Part shown: positions 8,179 through 15,118 of the stretch, one piece after another
Layout of the letters: every line of letters starts with the position of its first letter
Numbering within the stretch: position 1 is the stretch's first letter
Source: a virus
Taxonomy: Duplodnaviria > Heunggongvirae > Uroviricota > Caudoviricetes
IMG/VR virus record: IMGVR_UViG_2639762834_000007
Reading direction: 5' to 3' (one strand)
DNA: 22,609 nucleotides
Notes under the pieces: generated by a model
The model's database searches: none
The model's input: only the letters and a program-made list of their open reading frames with translations
Told to the model about the DNA's origin: nothing
Made by a program: the position numbers and the translations under genes

Positions 8179-8886
8179 TCAATAGTCGCGGCCGGGGTAG
8201 TAGGTATTGATGCTGTTCTCGTCGCCGTCGATGATCAGCTTCGTGCCGGCGGCGTAGAGCTGAAACAGGCGGCGCTTGAAGCCGTGCATGGGGCCGACAA
8301 ACAGCGCCTTGCTAGGGTCTTTTTGATCGATCTGAACGCTGTACACCTGGCCGTCGTGGACGTCGATCTGATACGGGCATTTGTAGTGTTCGGTATCGCT
8401 CTCCTTGTCCAGGTAGATGTGGTAGAACTTCGAACTGGTGATGCTCGCTTCGCGAACAATCAGCGTGATCCGATCCGACTCATCGCACGAGCACGGGCGG
8501 TACTGGCGATTGGTATGCTCGTCCTTGATGAATTCCTCGACGAGTTGCGAGAGCTTGATTTCGGCCGGTGCGGGCGCGAGCAGCTCCTTCATCTGCTTCT
8601 CGATCTGCGTTTTGATTGTCGCGTTCAACTGCGCGTCGACCTGCTGTCGGATGATCTTGAGAATGAGGTCGTTGTATCCGGGCAGACCAAGGTTATGCAA
8701 ATCGACTTGCAGCGCGGTTTTGACGTGCTCTTTCAATTGCTCGCCGAAGGTCGAGTACGAGCGGAGTTCTTCGTCGAGGATCGAGGTGATCGTCTTCGTC
8801 AACTTTTCTTCGATCGCCTTCTCGATCGCGCCGGCCGCGACGATGTTCGAGAAGGCAGTGGAGACGGCTTGTTGCAGTTCTTTCAT
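8179..8886 (-). CDS. Phage hypothetical protein, helical N-terminus
   Basis: SD AAGGA before ATG 8886 (MKELQQAV). Confidence 0.8.
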   Translation of the reverse strand: MKELQQAVSTAFSNIVAAGAIEKAIEEKLTKTITSILDEELRSYSTFGEQLKEHVKTALQVDLHNLGLPGYNDLILKIIRQQVDAQLNATIKTQIEKQMKELLAPAPAEIKLSQLVEEFIKDEHTNRQYRPCSCDESDRITLIVREASITSSKFYHIYLDKESDTEHYKCPYQIDVHDGQVYSVQIDQKDPSKALFVGPMHGFKRRLFQLYAAGTKLIIDGDENSINTYYPGRDY

Positions 8887-8918
8887 GGCTTGGTCCTTAT
8901 GCACGTCATTGGAATTCG

Positions 8919-8948
8919 AAAAAGGTGCTGGTCCGTACAGGCACCAGC
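8919..8948 (-). terminator. Intrinsic terminator with a competing alternative hairpin
   Basis: GGTGC/GCACC + TTTTT; alternative GCTGGT/ACCAGC. Confidence 0.55.
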
Positions 8949-8959
8949 TCAAGCAGGGG

Positions 8960-9069
8960 TTCAAGGGCGGACACTCAGCGCTCGCATAAGGCAGCGTTGC
9001 ATGACTGCTTGGCATCAATTTGAGGGAATGGCGGGACCCAACCGCCATCGCCGAGCGTCCGCTCTTGAA
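8960..9069 (-). ncRNA. Candidate structured RNA (multibranch)
   Basis: 21-bp closing stem (18 WC, 2 GU, 1 mismatch) enclosing two hairpins. Confidence 0.5.
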
Positions 9070-9081
9070 TCTCCGCAGAGG

Positions 9082-9109
9082 AAAAAGAGGGTGCCGAACT
9101 GGCCACCCT
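9082..9109 (-). terminator. Intrinsic terminator
   Basis: AGGGTGGCC-AGTTC-GGCACCCT + CTTTTT. Confidence 0.7.
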
Positions 9110-9110
9110 T

Positions 9111-9146
9111 AAAGGCCGCCCATATCCGAGGGGAGAGCCGGGCGCG
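9111..9146 (-). promoter_or_regulatory. Conserved pre-terminator element, copy 1
   Basis: 18/20 identical core to 10203-10222; abuts the terminator. Confidence 0.6.
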
Positions 9147-9160
9147 GGCTCAGAATTTCG

Positions 9161-9973
9161 TTACTTGATCTGGACGAACGGGACGCTGCTCGAGCCCATG
9201 TACTGGGGGAGCTTGCCGTCCCATTTCTCGATCGCCATCTGTTGCAGGATTTGGCTGTTCTCGCGTAGTGCTTTCGCTTTCACCTCGAGCGCTTCGGCCT
9301 CGCCCTTGGCGATCGCGACTTGCTTTGCCGCGTCCGCCTCGGCTGCACGCAGTTCGTTCTCCTTCTGCTGCGCGATCTGCGTCGCAGCGATCTTCCCGTT
9401 GATCGAGTTCATGACCTGCTCGGGGAGGCGCATCTGATTCACGAAATAGACCTTCTCGACACTGATTCCGACCTTCGCGGCGTTCGCCTTTACCTCGTCC
9501 TCGACGCGCTGCTGTAGCGCCGCCTTGCCCCTGCCGTAGACGTCCTCGACCGCCATCGACGCGCCGGCGAGATTCAGGGCGTCGCGCACGATCGCGCGCA
9601 GGTAGACGCCCGTGATCTCATCGACTCCGCGCCGATACTTCTGGAACACCTTGGGCGCGTTCTCACGCAGGATCGCGTAGCTCACGCCGATGTCGGTGTT
9701 GACCGACAGGCCCTCCACCGTCTGGAACGTGAACGACTCGTCGGACTTGCCAGCTTTGTCCCACACGTAGGACTGCGTGAACGTCGGGAAGATGAACATG
9801 TCGACGTTGGGCCCGTTGAAGTAGCGACCGGGCCCCTTCACTTCGACGTTGACACCGCGGTCGTCGCCGTAGCGTTGCACCTTCACACCGACGTAGCCGG
9901 CTGGGACGTTGTCGCAGCCGGCCGCGAGGAACATCGTCGGCGCGAGGATCAGAATCAGAAACAGGCGTTTCAC
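9161..9973 (-). CDS. SPFH/band-7 (prohibitin) domain lipoprotein
   Basis: GTG 9973, SD AAGGAG; signal peptide with lipobox LAAG-C; VPAGYVGV; C-terminal coiled coil; EKWDGKLP. Confidence 0.9.
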   Translation of the reverse strand: MKRLFLILILAPTMFLAAGCDNVPAGYVGVKVQRYGDDRGVNVEVKGPGRYFNGPNVDMFIFPTFTQSYVWDKAGKSDESFTFQTVEGLSVNTDIGVSYAILRENAPKVFQKYRRGVDEITGVYLRAIVRDALNLAGASMAVEDVYGRGKAALQQRVEDEVKANAAKVGISVEKVYFVNQMRLPEQVMNSINGKIAATQIAQQKENELRAAEADAAKQVAIAKGEAEALEVKAKALRENSQILQQMAIEKWDGKLPQYMGSSSVPFVQIK

Positions 9974-10152
9974 TTGGTCTCCTTGAAATGAGGGGGGATG
10001 AATTTCACAAAGGCGGCGGCATATGCCAGCCACACGAACGGCACGGCGAGCAGGGTGATGCTGCTGTCCTGATTCACCAGCCACGGGGTGACGATCGACA
10101 GCAGCACGAGAAACAGCACGGCCGCGACGATGAGCTTCGAAGCGGTTTTGAT
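9970..10152 (-). CDS. 60-aa two-TM membrane protein; start codon is ATC (non-canonical or inactivated)
   Basis: GGAG-6 nt-ATC AAA ACC; two hydrophobic segments; stop overlaps the SPFH GTG. Confidence 0.6.
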   Translation of the reverse strand: MKTASKLIVAAVLFLVLLSIVTPWLVNQDSSITLLAVPFVWLAYAAAFVKFIPPHFKETK

Positions 10153-10165
10153 TGGTATCTCCGGT

Positions 10166-10201
10166 AAAAAATGGCGGGGCGCACATACGGGCCGCCCCGC
10201 C
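10166..10201 (-). terminator. Intrinsic terminator
   Basis: GGCGGGGCG/CGCCCCGCC 9-bp stem + ATTTTTT. Confidence 0.8.
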
Positions 10202-10202
10202 G

Positions 10203-10240
10203 AAAGGCCGCGCTTATCCGAGAGGAAATCCCGCGCGCGG
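10203..10240 (-). promoter_or_regulatory. Conserved pre-terminator element, copy 2
   Basis: Matches 9111-9146; abuts the terminator. Confidence 0.6.
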
Positions 10241-10278
10241 CGGGCGGGGAACTGCGGTGTGTGGCGTGCGACAGCCAC

Positions 10279-10318
10279 AAGAAAGCCACGCGTCCGGAGC
10301 GCCGGAATGTGCGTGGCT
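10279..10318 (-). terminator. Probable intrinsic terminator
   Basis: AGCCACGC/GCGTGGCT with inner TCCGG/CCGGA + TTCTT. Confidence 0.6.
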
Positions 10319-10339
10319 ACTGGGTAGGTAGAAAACCGA

Positions 10340-10367
10340 TTGTTATGGCGTGCGGTTGAGCTATGAT
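10340..10367 (+). promoter_or_regulatory. Sigma70-type promoter candidate for the moron
   Basis: TTGTTA-16-TATGAT. Confidence 0.45.
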
Positions 10368-10409
10368 TTGAAGCGCCATGTGGCAAATAAGTAAGATCCG
10401 GGGGCGAAA

Positions 10410-10673
10410 ATGAAAGTTAAAGTGAAGAATCTCTCTGCTGAGATTGAACTTAAGAACAATGGTATTGAGCTTGAGATTCGCGATAACGCTGATAATTTTC
10501 TCGGAGACCTGATCGTCACCAAGTCATCCATCATTTGGTGCAAAGGGAAGACGAAGCGCGGGTATGGGGTGAAGAAGCGTCTTCAGGATTTCATCGACTA
10601 TATGAATGCAGATGCTCCCGTAAAAAATAGGGTCAGCATAAAGGCAGCGGCAAGGGAGGCTGCCAACAATTGA
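10410..10673 (+). CDS. 87-aa beta-rich moron protein
   Basis: AT-richer codons, opposite strand, own promoter candidate. Confidence 0.8.
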   Translation: MKVKVKNLSAEIELKNNGIELEIRDNADNFLGDLIVTKSSIIWCKGKTKRGYGVKKRLQDFIDYMNADAPVKNRVSIKAAAREAANN

Positions 10674-10747
10674 TGGGCCGATTTGCTTTCCGCTGTTCCG
10701 AGTGGCCGCGTGCTCGGCAAGCCATGCGGTGATTCATCGGTAGGACA

Positions 10748-10870
10748 TCAGGCGACGCGCCGCAACGACGTTCGATGTAGCTGTTGCTTGCGACAAGCAT
10801 CGTAAGCATTCCAAACTAGTAAGATGATTGCTACTGTTGCTGATCCGATCCAGATCTTAAATGTGGACAT
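10748..10870 (-). CDS. 40-aa single-TM peptide (not in ORF track)
   Basis: MSTFKIWIGSATVAIILLVWNAYDACRKQQLHRTSLRRVA; SD AGAGG; 2 nt after upstream stop. Confidence 0.6.
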   Translation of the reverse strand: MSTFKIWIGSATVAIILLVWNAYDACRKQQLHRTSLRRVA

Positions 10871-10872
10871 CG

Positions 10873-10992
10873 TCAGCCTCTGCGTGCGTCTACATAGCCA
10901 AGCCAATAGCCAATCGTCTCCGAACGCGGCTCGCGACCGAGAGCTGCGTCATTCCAGCCTTTCACATACTCCCTGATGCGTGATTGCTCCAT
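10873..10992 (-). CDS. 39-aa Rmf/CrpP-like peptide
   Basis: SD GAGGA; EYVKGWNDAALG...YWLGYVDA pattern. Confidence 0.6.
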   Translation of the reverse strand: MEQSRIREYVKGWNDAALGREPRSETIGYWLGYVDARRG

Positions 10993-11041
10993 GGTTGATC
11001 CTCGGTGGTGATGTCGAGTTGCCGTCTTGGCAGTTGAGTCG

Positions 11042-11167
11042 CTAGACCGTTGCTGCGGCAACACCGGGGGCGATCAGATTCAGCGCGATCTCGCGCAGCA
11101 GGTGCTCGACAAGAGCGCCACGTGGCATGCGGCGCAGCTCGAGCAGGTTCTTTGCGGGTTGGCTCAC
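11042..11167 (-). CDS. 41-aa peptide (not in ORF track)
   Basis: SD AGGAGGT; MSQPAKNLLELRRMPRGALVEHLLREIALNLIAPGVAAATV. Confidence 0.65.
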   Translation of the reverse strand: MSQPAKNLLELRRMPRGALVEHLLREIALNLIAPGVAAATV

Positions 11168-11177
11168 GATTTACCTC

Positions 11178-11405
11178 CTAGACCTTGAGTCCGACCGTAC
11201 GCAGGAACAAGCGTCGGTCGTATTCGAGCTTCAACCGGGCCGCGTGCCGCATTGCATGGGCGCGACCGATGTTCTCGCTGTACCGATGAGATAGGCCGAG
11301 TACCGCCCACGTCTCACGGCTCGCGTTTGCGCTGACTTCGAGGTCAGCTGCTGCGTTTTCGAGCCACTCGACCGACACGGTCGGCAGCTTCCGTTTCGAT
11401 TCCAC
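11178..11405 (-). CDS. First pL-operon protein, hypothetical; alternative ATG at 11453
   Basis: SD AAAGGAG before GTG 11405. Confidence 0.7.
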   Translation of the reverse strand: MESKRKLPTVSVEWLENAAADLEVSANASRETWAVLGLSHRYSENIGRAHAMRHAARLKLEYDRRLFLRTVGLKV

Positions 11406-11520
11406 TGGATCTCCTTTCGAAGGGACACGATCGCGATCCTCGTTTCCCCTCATGATTTAGTAGTCCGAATTCAAAACAACGATCAGGGCGTAACACCAAT
11501 CGATCTGCTTCCTTGTCAGT

Positions 11521-11688
11521 TTTCATGGGATGGGGCCACTGCCGCGACTTCCGGCTTCGCTTTCCCCTCCGAACGACAATCCGGCTATCTCGCGAACCGC
11601 CACGTGCGTCGCGACCAACTCCGGCGTCCTCTGGCTCCCTCGCCGCGGCCAGACCACGTCCGCATCGGCAGGACCCCATCTCATGAAA
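11521..11688 (-). other. Long-range stem in the pL leader (possible processing site or structured RNA)
   Basis: tttcatgggatgggg/ccccatctcatgaaa (14/15) plus ctgccg/cggcag. Confidence 0.55.
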
Positions 11689-11831
11689 GCTGAGTGGTGT
11701 CGGGCGCTACCCCGTTTCTCGGCTACACCGTAGAGCCGACCGGTTGCTCCCTTGCGGGTCCCGGTACGCTGGCACTCTTAAAGATCGATCCGCCGGAGCG
11801 GTGCAGCGAGCAAGGCTGCGGTATGGATCGA

Positions 11832-11871
11832 AGAATAAACAAGAGTTTATCAAGAGTCAACAAAAGTTTGT
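11832..11871 (-). promoter_or_regulatory. pL promoter with operators OL1 (11835-11850) and OL2 (11856-11871)
   Basis: TTGACT-17-TATTCT; perfect ATAAAC-N4-GTTTAT matching OR. Confidence 0.85.
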
Positions 11872-11954
11872 GCCTGTGTGGGAGGGCAAGTTCGACCGCG
11901 TGTGGCGAAGACGCGGATCAGCCTGTAAATTCTTGGGAGGAATTGGACGCAATC

Positions 11955-12848
11955 ATGAAAATTCAACCTCTCCCACCTCTTCAGTGCCTTGTTTTCTTCG
12001 ACGCAGCCGCAAGACACGGCAACTTCACGCGAGCAGCCGAGGAATTGAATGTGACGCAAGGCGCGGTTAGCAAACAGGTTGTGAAGCTCGAGACGTTTCT
12101 TGGGACAACTCTCTTTGTCCGAGATGCCAAGGCCTTGCATTTGACTCGCGCGGGCCAGCAGTACGCTGATCGGGTGCATGCGATTTTGGCCGACTGTGTC
12201 GAGGCAACTGCACTTGTGATGAAGGAGCAGACTCCGCACAGCCTTACTATTGCGTGCGCGTCCGGCACTGCAACATTGTTTTTGGCGGATCGGATTGCCG
12301 AGTTCAGCGCGGAGCATCCGGAAGTCTCCGTGCGAATTCTTGTTCGAGAAGGCGTGTTCAATTTGAACGCGGCCGAATTCGACATTGGCGTCTACTACAT
12401 TCGCGACGTTCCTCCCCCCGGCATTGCTGGAACGGCGATCATCGCGGAGGACGTTCACGCATACTGCGCGCCGACGTTTCTCGCGGGGCGCCGCGTGCCT
12501 CCCCAGGACTTGATGGAGGCAACTTTACTTGTTGCGGAGGAACAGCAGCGTCAGTGGATGGGATGGCGAGATTGGTTTCGCCTGACTGTCGGCGAAATCG
12601 GGTTTCGTCCGGCTCGAACTATTTCTGCGAACAGCTACCCAGTACTGCTGCAACTGGCACTGCATGGGCACGGAGCAATTTTGGGCTGGAAGCATATGAT
12701 CACGCCACTTGTTGAGAGCGGGAAGCTGGTTTTAGCGTCGGATGCGCATGCAAGCTTCGGCGGCGCGTATCAGGTCATCTGGCCTGCGGATCGCCGAGAC
12801 ACGCCCGCGGTCACGATGTTTCGCGAGTGGCTACTGACGCATGTATAA
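11955..12848 (+). CDS. LysR-type regulator, GcvA-like
   Basis: LPPLQCLVFFDAAARHGNFTRAAEELNVTQGAVSKQVVKLE HTH plus substrate-binding domain. Confidence 0.95.
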   Translation: MKIQPLPPLQCLVFFDAAARHGNFTRAAEELNVTQGAVSKQVVKLETFLGTTLFVRDAKALHLTRAGQQYADRVHAILADCVEATALVMKEQTPHSLTIACASGTATLFLADRIAEFSAEHPEVSVRILVREGVFNLNAAEFDIGVYYIRDVPPPGIAGTAIIAEDVHAYCAPTFLAGRRVPPQDLMEATLLVAEEQQRQWMGWRDWFRLTVGEIGFRPARTISANSYPVLLQLALHGHGAILGWKHMITPLVESGKLVLASDAHASFGGAYQVIWPADRRDTPAVTMFREWLLTHV

Positions 12849-13002
12849 GTCATACGATTGGTTCAATTTGCATCATTCCTTATGGTCAGGCTGCCCCGAG
12901 AATTTTTCATAGTAAGTAATTCGTAAATAGACGTAATATTTCGTGCGCGATCAAATCTTGTTTGATAGCCGTAATAACTCAATAATCCGAGGGCACGAAA
13001 TA

Positions 13003-14292
13003 ATGCAAACATCAACGTACGCGCGCGAGGCCGCGCCGAGTGCGAGCTCCGACACGCATCGGAGAGCTGTAATCGCCGTCATCGTCGGAAATGGTTTCGA
13101 ATGGTTCGATTTCATTTCGTATAGTTTCTTCTCAGTCATTATTGCGAAACTATTTTTCCCGTCGACGGACGACAACCTGTCTCTGTTGCTGTCGGTTTCG
13201 ACGATTGGCGTAGGCTTCTTTATGCGTCCGATCGGTGGCATCGTGATTGGCGGAATTGCGGATAAAGTGGGGCGCCGAGCAGCACTTACGGTCACGATTG
13301 CATTGATGACCGCCGGGACGGCGATGATTGGATTCGCGCCGACATACAAAGATGCAGGGCTTGGCGCGCCACTGATGATTGTCGTCGCGCGTCTACTTCA
13401 AGGATTTTCGGCTGGAGGGGAAATGGGAGGTGCGACAGCGTATCTTCGCGAGCGCGTGCCGGCCGAGCGGCATGGATACTACACGAGCTGGATTCAGGCA
13501 AGTATCGGGTTCGCGATTATCCTTGCGTCAGTTCTTGCGGTGTTTATCGTGAAGTGCCTCGATGAGCAGCAGATCGAATCTTGGGGCTGGCGAATCCCCT
13601 TCCTTCTCGGACTCGGTCTCGGCCCGGTCGGGATTTATATCCGCAGTAGGCTGAACGACCCTGGCTTTCCCGCAGACGAGCGTTTGGGCGAGTGTGCGCC
13701 GGTCGTCGAGGTCGTCAGGAGCTTTTCGCGTGAGGCGCTTGTCGGATTTGGTTTAGTCGTCTTCTGGACGGTTTGCTCTTATGTCCTACTGTTCTACATC
13801 CCGACCTACGCTTCGAAGGTTCTGAAACTCCCGTCTTCTACGGGTTTCATCGCAGTGCTTGTCGGCGCGTCAATTGTTCTCTTCGTCACACCTTTGATTG
13901 GACACCTTTCCGATCTGTTTGGGCGCCGCTGGTTCCTTGCGGGAGCGTTGCTCGTTGCGATCGTCGCGGCTTATCCGCTGTTCGCTATGTTGAATGCCGC
14001 ACCAGGGTTGAAGTCGTTGCTCGTGTTCCAGGTGGTGTTCGGGCTCGTTATCGCCAGCTACGAGGGGCCAATCCTGGCGGCGCTTAGCGACATGTTTCCA
14101 GACGGGGTTCTGTCGACTGGGATTTCGATCTCGTACAACCTCGCCGTGATCACGTTTGGTGGATTCTCCGCCGCGATCATTACGTGGGCGATTGCGACCA
14201 CGCACAACAACCTCGCGCCGGCATTCTACGTGATAGCAGCGGCCATCGTGAGCTTGATATCCGTGTCTCTCTGGCAACCTCGCAGGAAGTAG
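13003..14292 (+). CDS. MFS transporter, metabolite:H+ symporter family (ProP/CitA-like)
   Basis: GNGFEWFDF, DKVGRR, RLLQGFSAGGE; multiple TM segments; SD GAGGG. Confidence 0.95.
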   Translation: MQTSTYAREAAPSASSDTHRRAVIAVIVGNGFEWFDFISYSFFSVIIAKLFFPSTDDNLSLLLSVSTIGVGFFMRPIGGIVIGGIADKVGRRAALTVTIALMTAGTAMIGFAPTYKDAGLGAPLMIVVARLLQGFSAGGEMGGATAYLRERVPAERHGYYTSWIQASIGFAIILASVLAVFIVKCLDEQQIESWGWRIPFLLGLGLGPVGIYIRSRLNDPGFPADERLGECAPVVEVVRSFSREALVGFGLVVFWTVCSYVLLFYIPTYASKVLKLPSSTGFIAVLVGASIVLFVTPLIGHLSDLFGRRWFLAGALLVAIVAAYPLFAMLNAAPGLKSLLVFQVVFGLVIASYEGPILAALSDMFPDGVLSTGISISYNLAVITFGGFSAAIITWAIATTHNNLAPAFYVIAAAIVSLISVSLWQPRRK

Positions 14293-14375
14293 AGCCGATT
14301 GGGCGGGCCTCTCGATGGACGATGCCGAGAGGCGCGCACCCTGCGAACGTTCAATCAGACCTACGAGGTGGCCAC

Positions 14376-14639
14376 TTGAAGAAATACAACAGGGAGTTTG
14401 CCGCGGGGGCGTTGCAGTCCGTGAGCCTCATTGCAAAGGATCTCGGGATTCTCGCGGCAGAGAGAATTCGACATTTACAAGCGATCTTCTCCGCGATTGA
14501 TGCACTGTCGGATCGGTCGGATCAATCACGCATTACGAGCGACCTTGCGCGGTGCGGGAGATGGATTGCAGGGGATGTCTGCGGTGACATTGACGACGCC
14601 GTCGAGTCTATAGCGCAAACATTGCAAGACGTCCACTAA
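14376..14639 (+). CDS. 87-aa helical hypothetical protein
   Basis: SD GAGGTG + TTG; stop overlaps the cI stop. Confidence 0.7.
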   Translation: MKKYNREFAAGALQSVSLIAKDLGILAAERIRHLQAIFSAIDALSDRSDQSRITSDLARCGRWIAGDVCGDIDDAVESIAQTLQDVH

Positions 14640-15037
14640 CGATCGCCGCGAAAGGCGGCTATCAGGGCCGCGACTTTTTCTGCGTCCGCAATGGGCAGCT
14701 CGAGGAGGTCGCGGACGGCCTGCTGTATCGACTCAGGAGCAGCATCAAATCTCTCCTGAATCTTCACCTTCTTCCCCGCCCCGACAGGCGGTTTTCGCGA
14801 TCGACGCAGCGCGTCAAGTCCCGCGCTGTCGAGGCGCGACAAATCGTCCTCAAGCAACACGTTCAAATCAACCCGGAAGTGCTTTGCTAGCTGTGGCGCA
14901 AGATCCGACCGGCTACTGTCGCGCTTTTCCAGCGCATAGATCGGCTGCTGTGATTCGATGCCGATAGCGCGCGCAAGGTCCGGACGGGTTTCGCCCGTCA
15001 GGGTGCGTAGTCGTGCGACGTTTTTTCCGAGTGCCAT
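14636..15037 (-). CDS. cI: Phage repressor (XRE HTH), no S24 peptidase domain
   Basis: N-terminal HTH (LGKNVARLRTLTGETRPDLARAIG); divergent from cro. Confidence 0.8.
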   Translation of the reverse strand: MALGKNVARLRTLTGETRPDLARAIGIESQQPIYALEKRDSSRSDLAPQLAKHFRVDLNVLLEDDLSRLDSAGLDALRRSRKPPVGAGKKVKIQERFDAAPESIQQAVRDLLELPIADAEKVAALIAAFRGDR

Positions 15038-15044
15038 GAGCCGG

Positions 15045-15112
15045 ACTCTATAAACAATTGTATATTCGATCAATAAACGAGAGTTGACTGACGATAAACT
15101 ATGGTTTATCGT
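15045..15112. promoter_or_regulatory. OR region: pRM (-), pR (+) and three operators
   Basis: pR TTGACT-17-TATCGT; pRM TTGATC-17-TAGAGT; operators at 15050, 15073, 15094; 22-bp perfect-arm palindrome 15091-15112. Confidence 0.85.
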
Positions 15113-15118
15113 TCGCGC

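Noticed and set aside
8960-9069. Assignment as tRNA or C4/CI antisense RNA
   Set aside because: No T-loop, anticodon arm or CCA, and no consensus I can recognise; left as unnamed candidate
7822-9168. 448-aa + strand ORF (also 6374-7129 and others)
   Set aside because: Shadow of well-supported minus-strand genes
9974-10186. Extended start of the SPFH ORF
   Set aside because: Crosses a terminator and the 2-TM gene; the signal peptide and SD point to GTG 9973
11561-11574. Antisense match of the pL leader (GAGGGGAAA) to the pre-terminator element
   Set aside because: Only 6-9 bp including G-U; expected by chance
11694-11954. N-terminal extension of LysR
   Set aside because: Runs through pL/OL; the LysR HTH starts at ATG 11955
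14307-14333. Terminator after the MFS gene
   Set aside because: 8-bp stem but no U-tract on either strand
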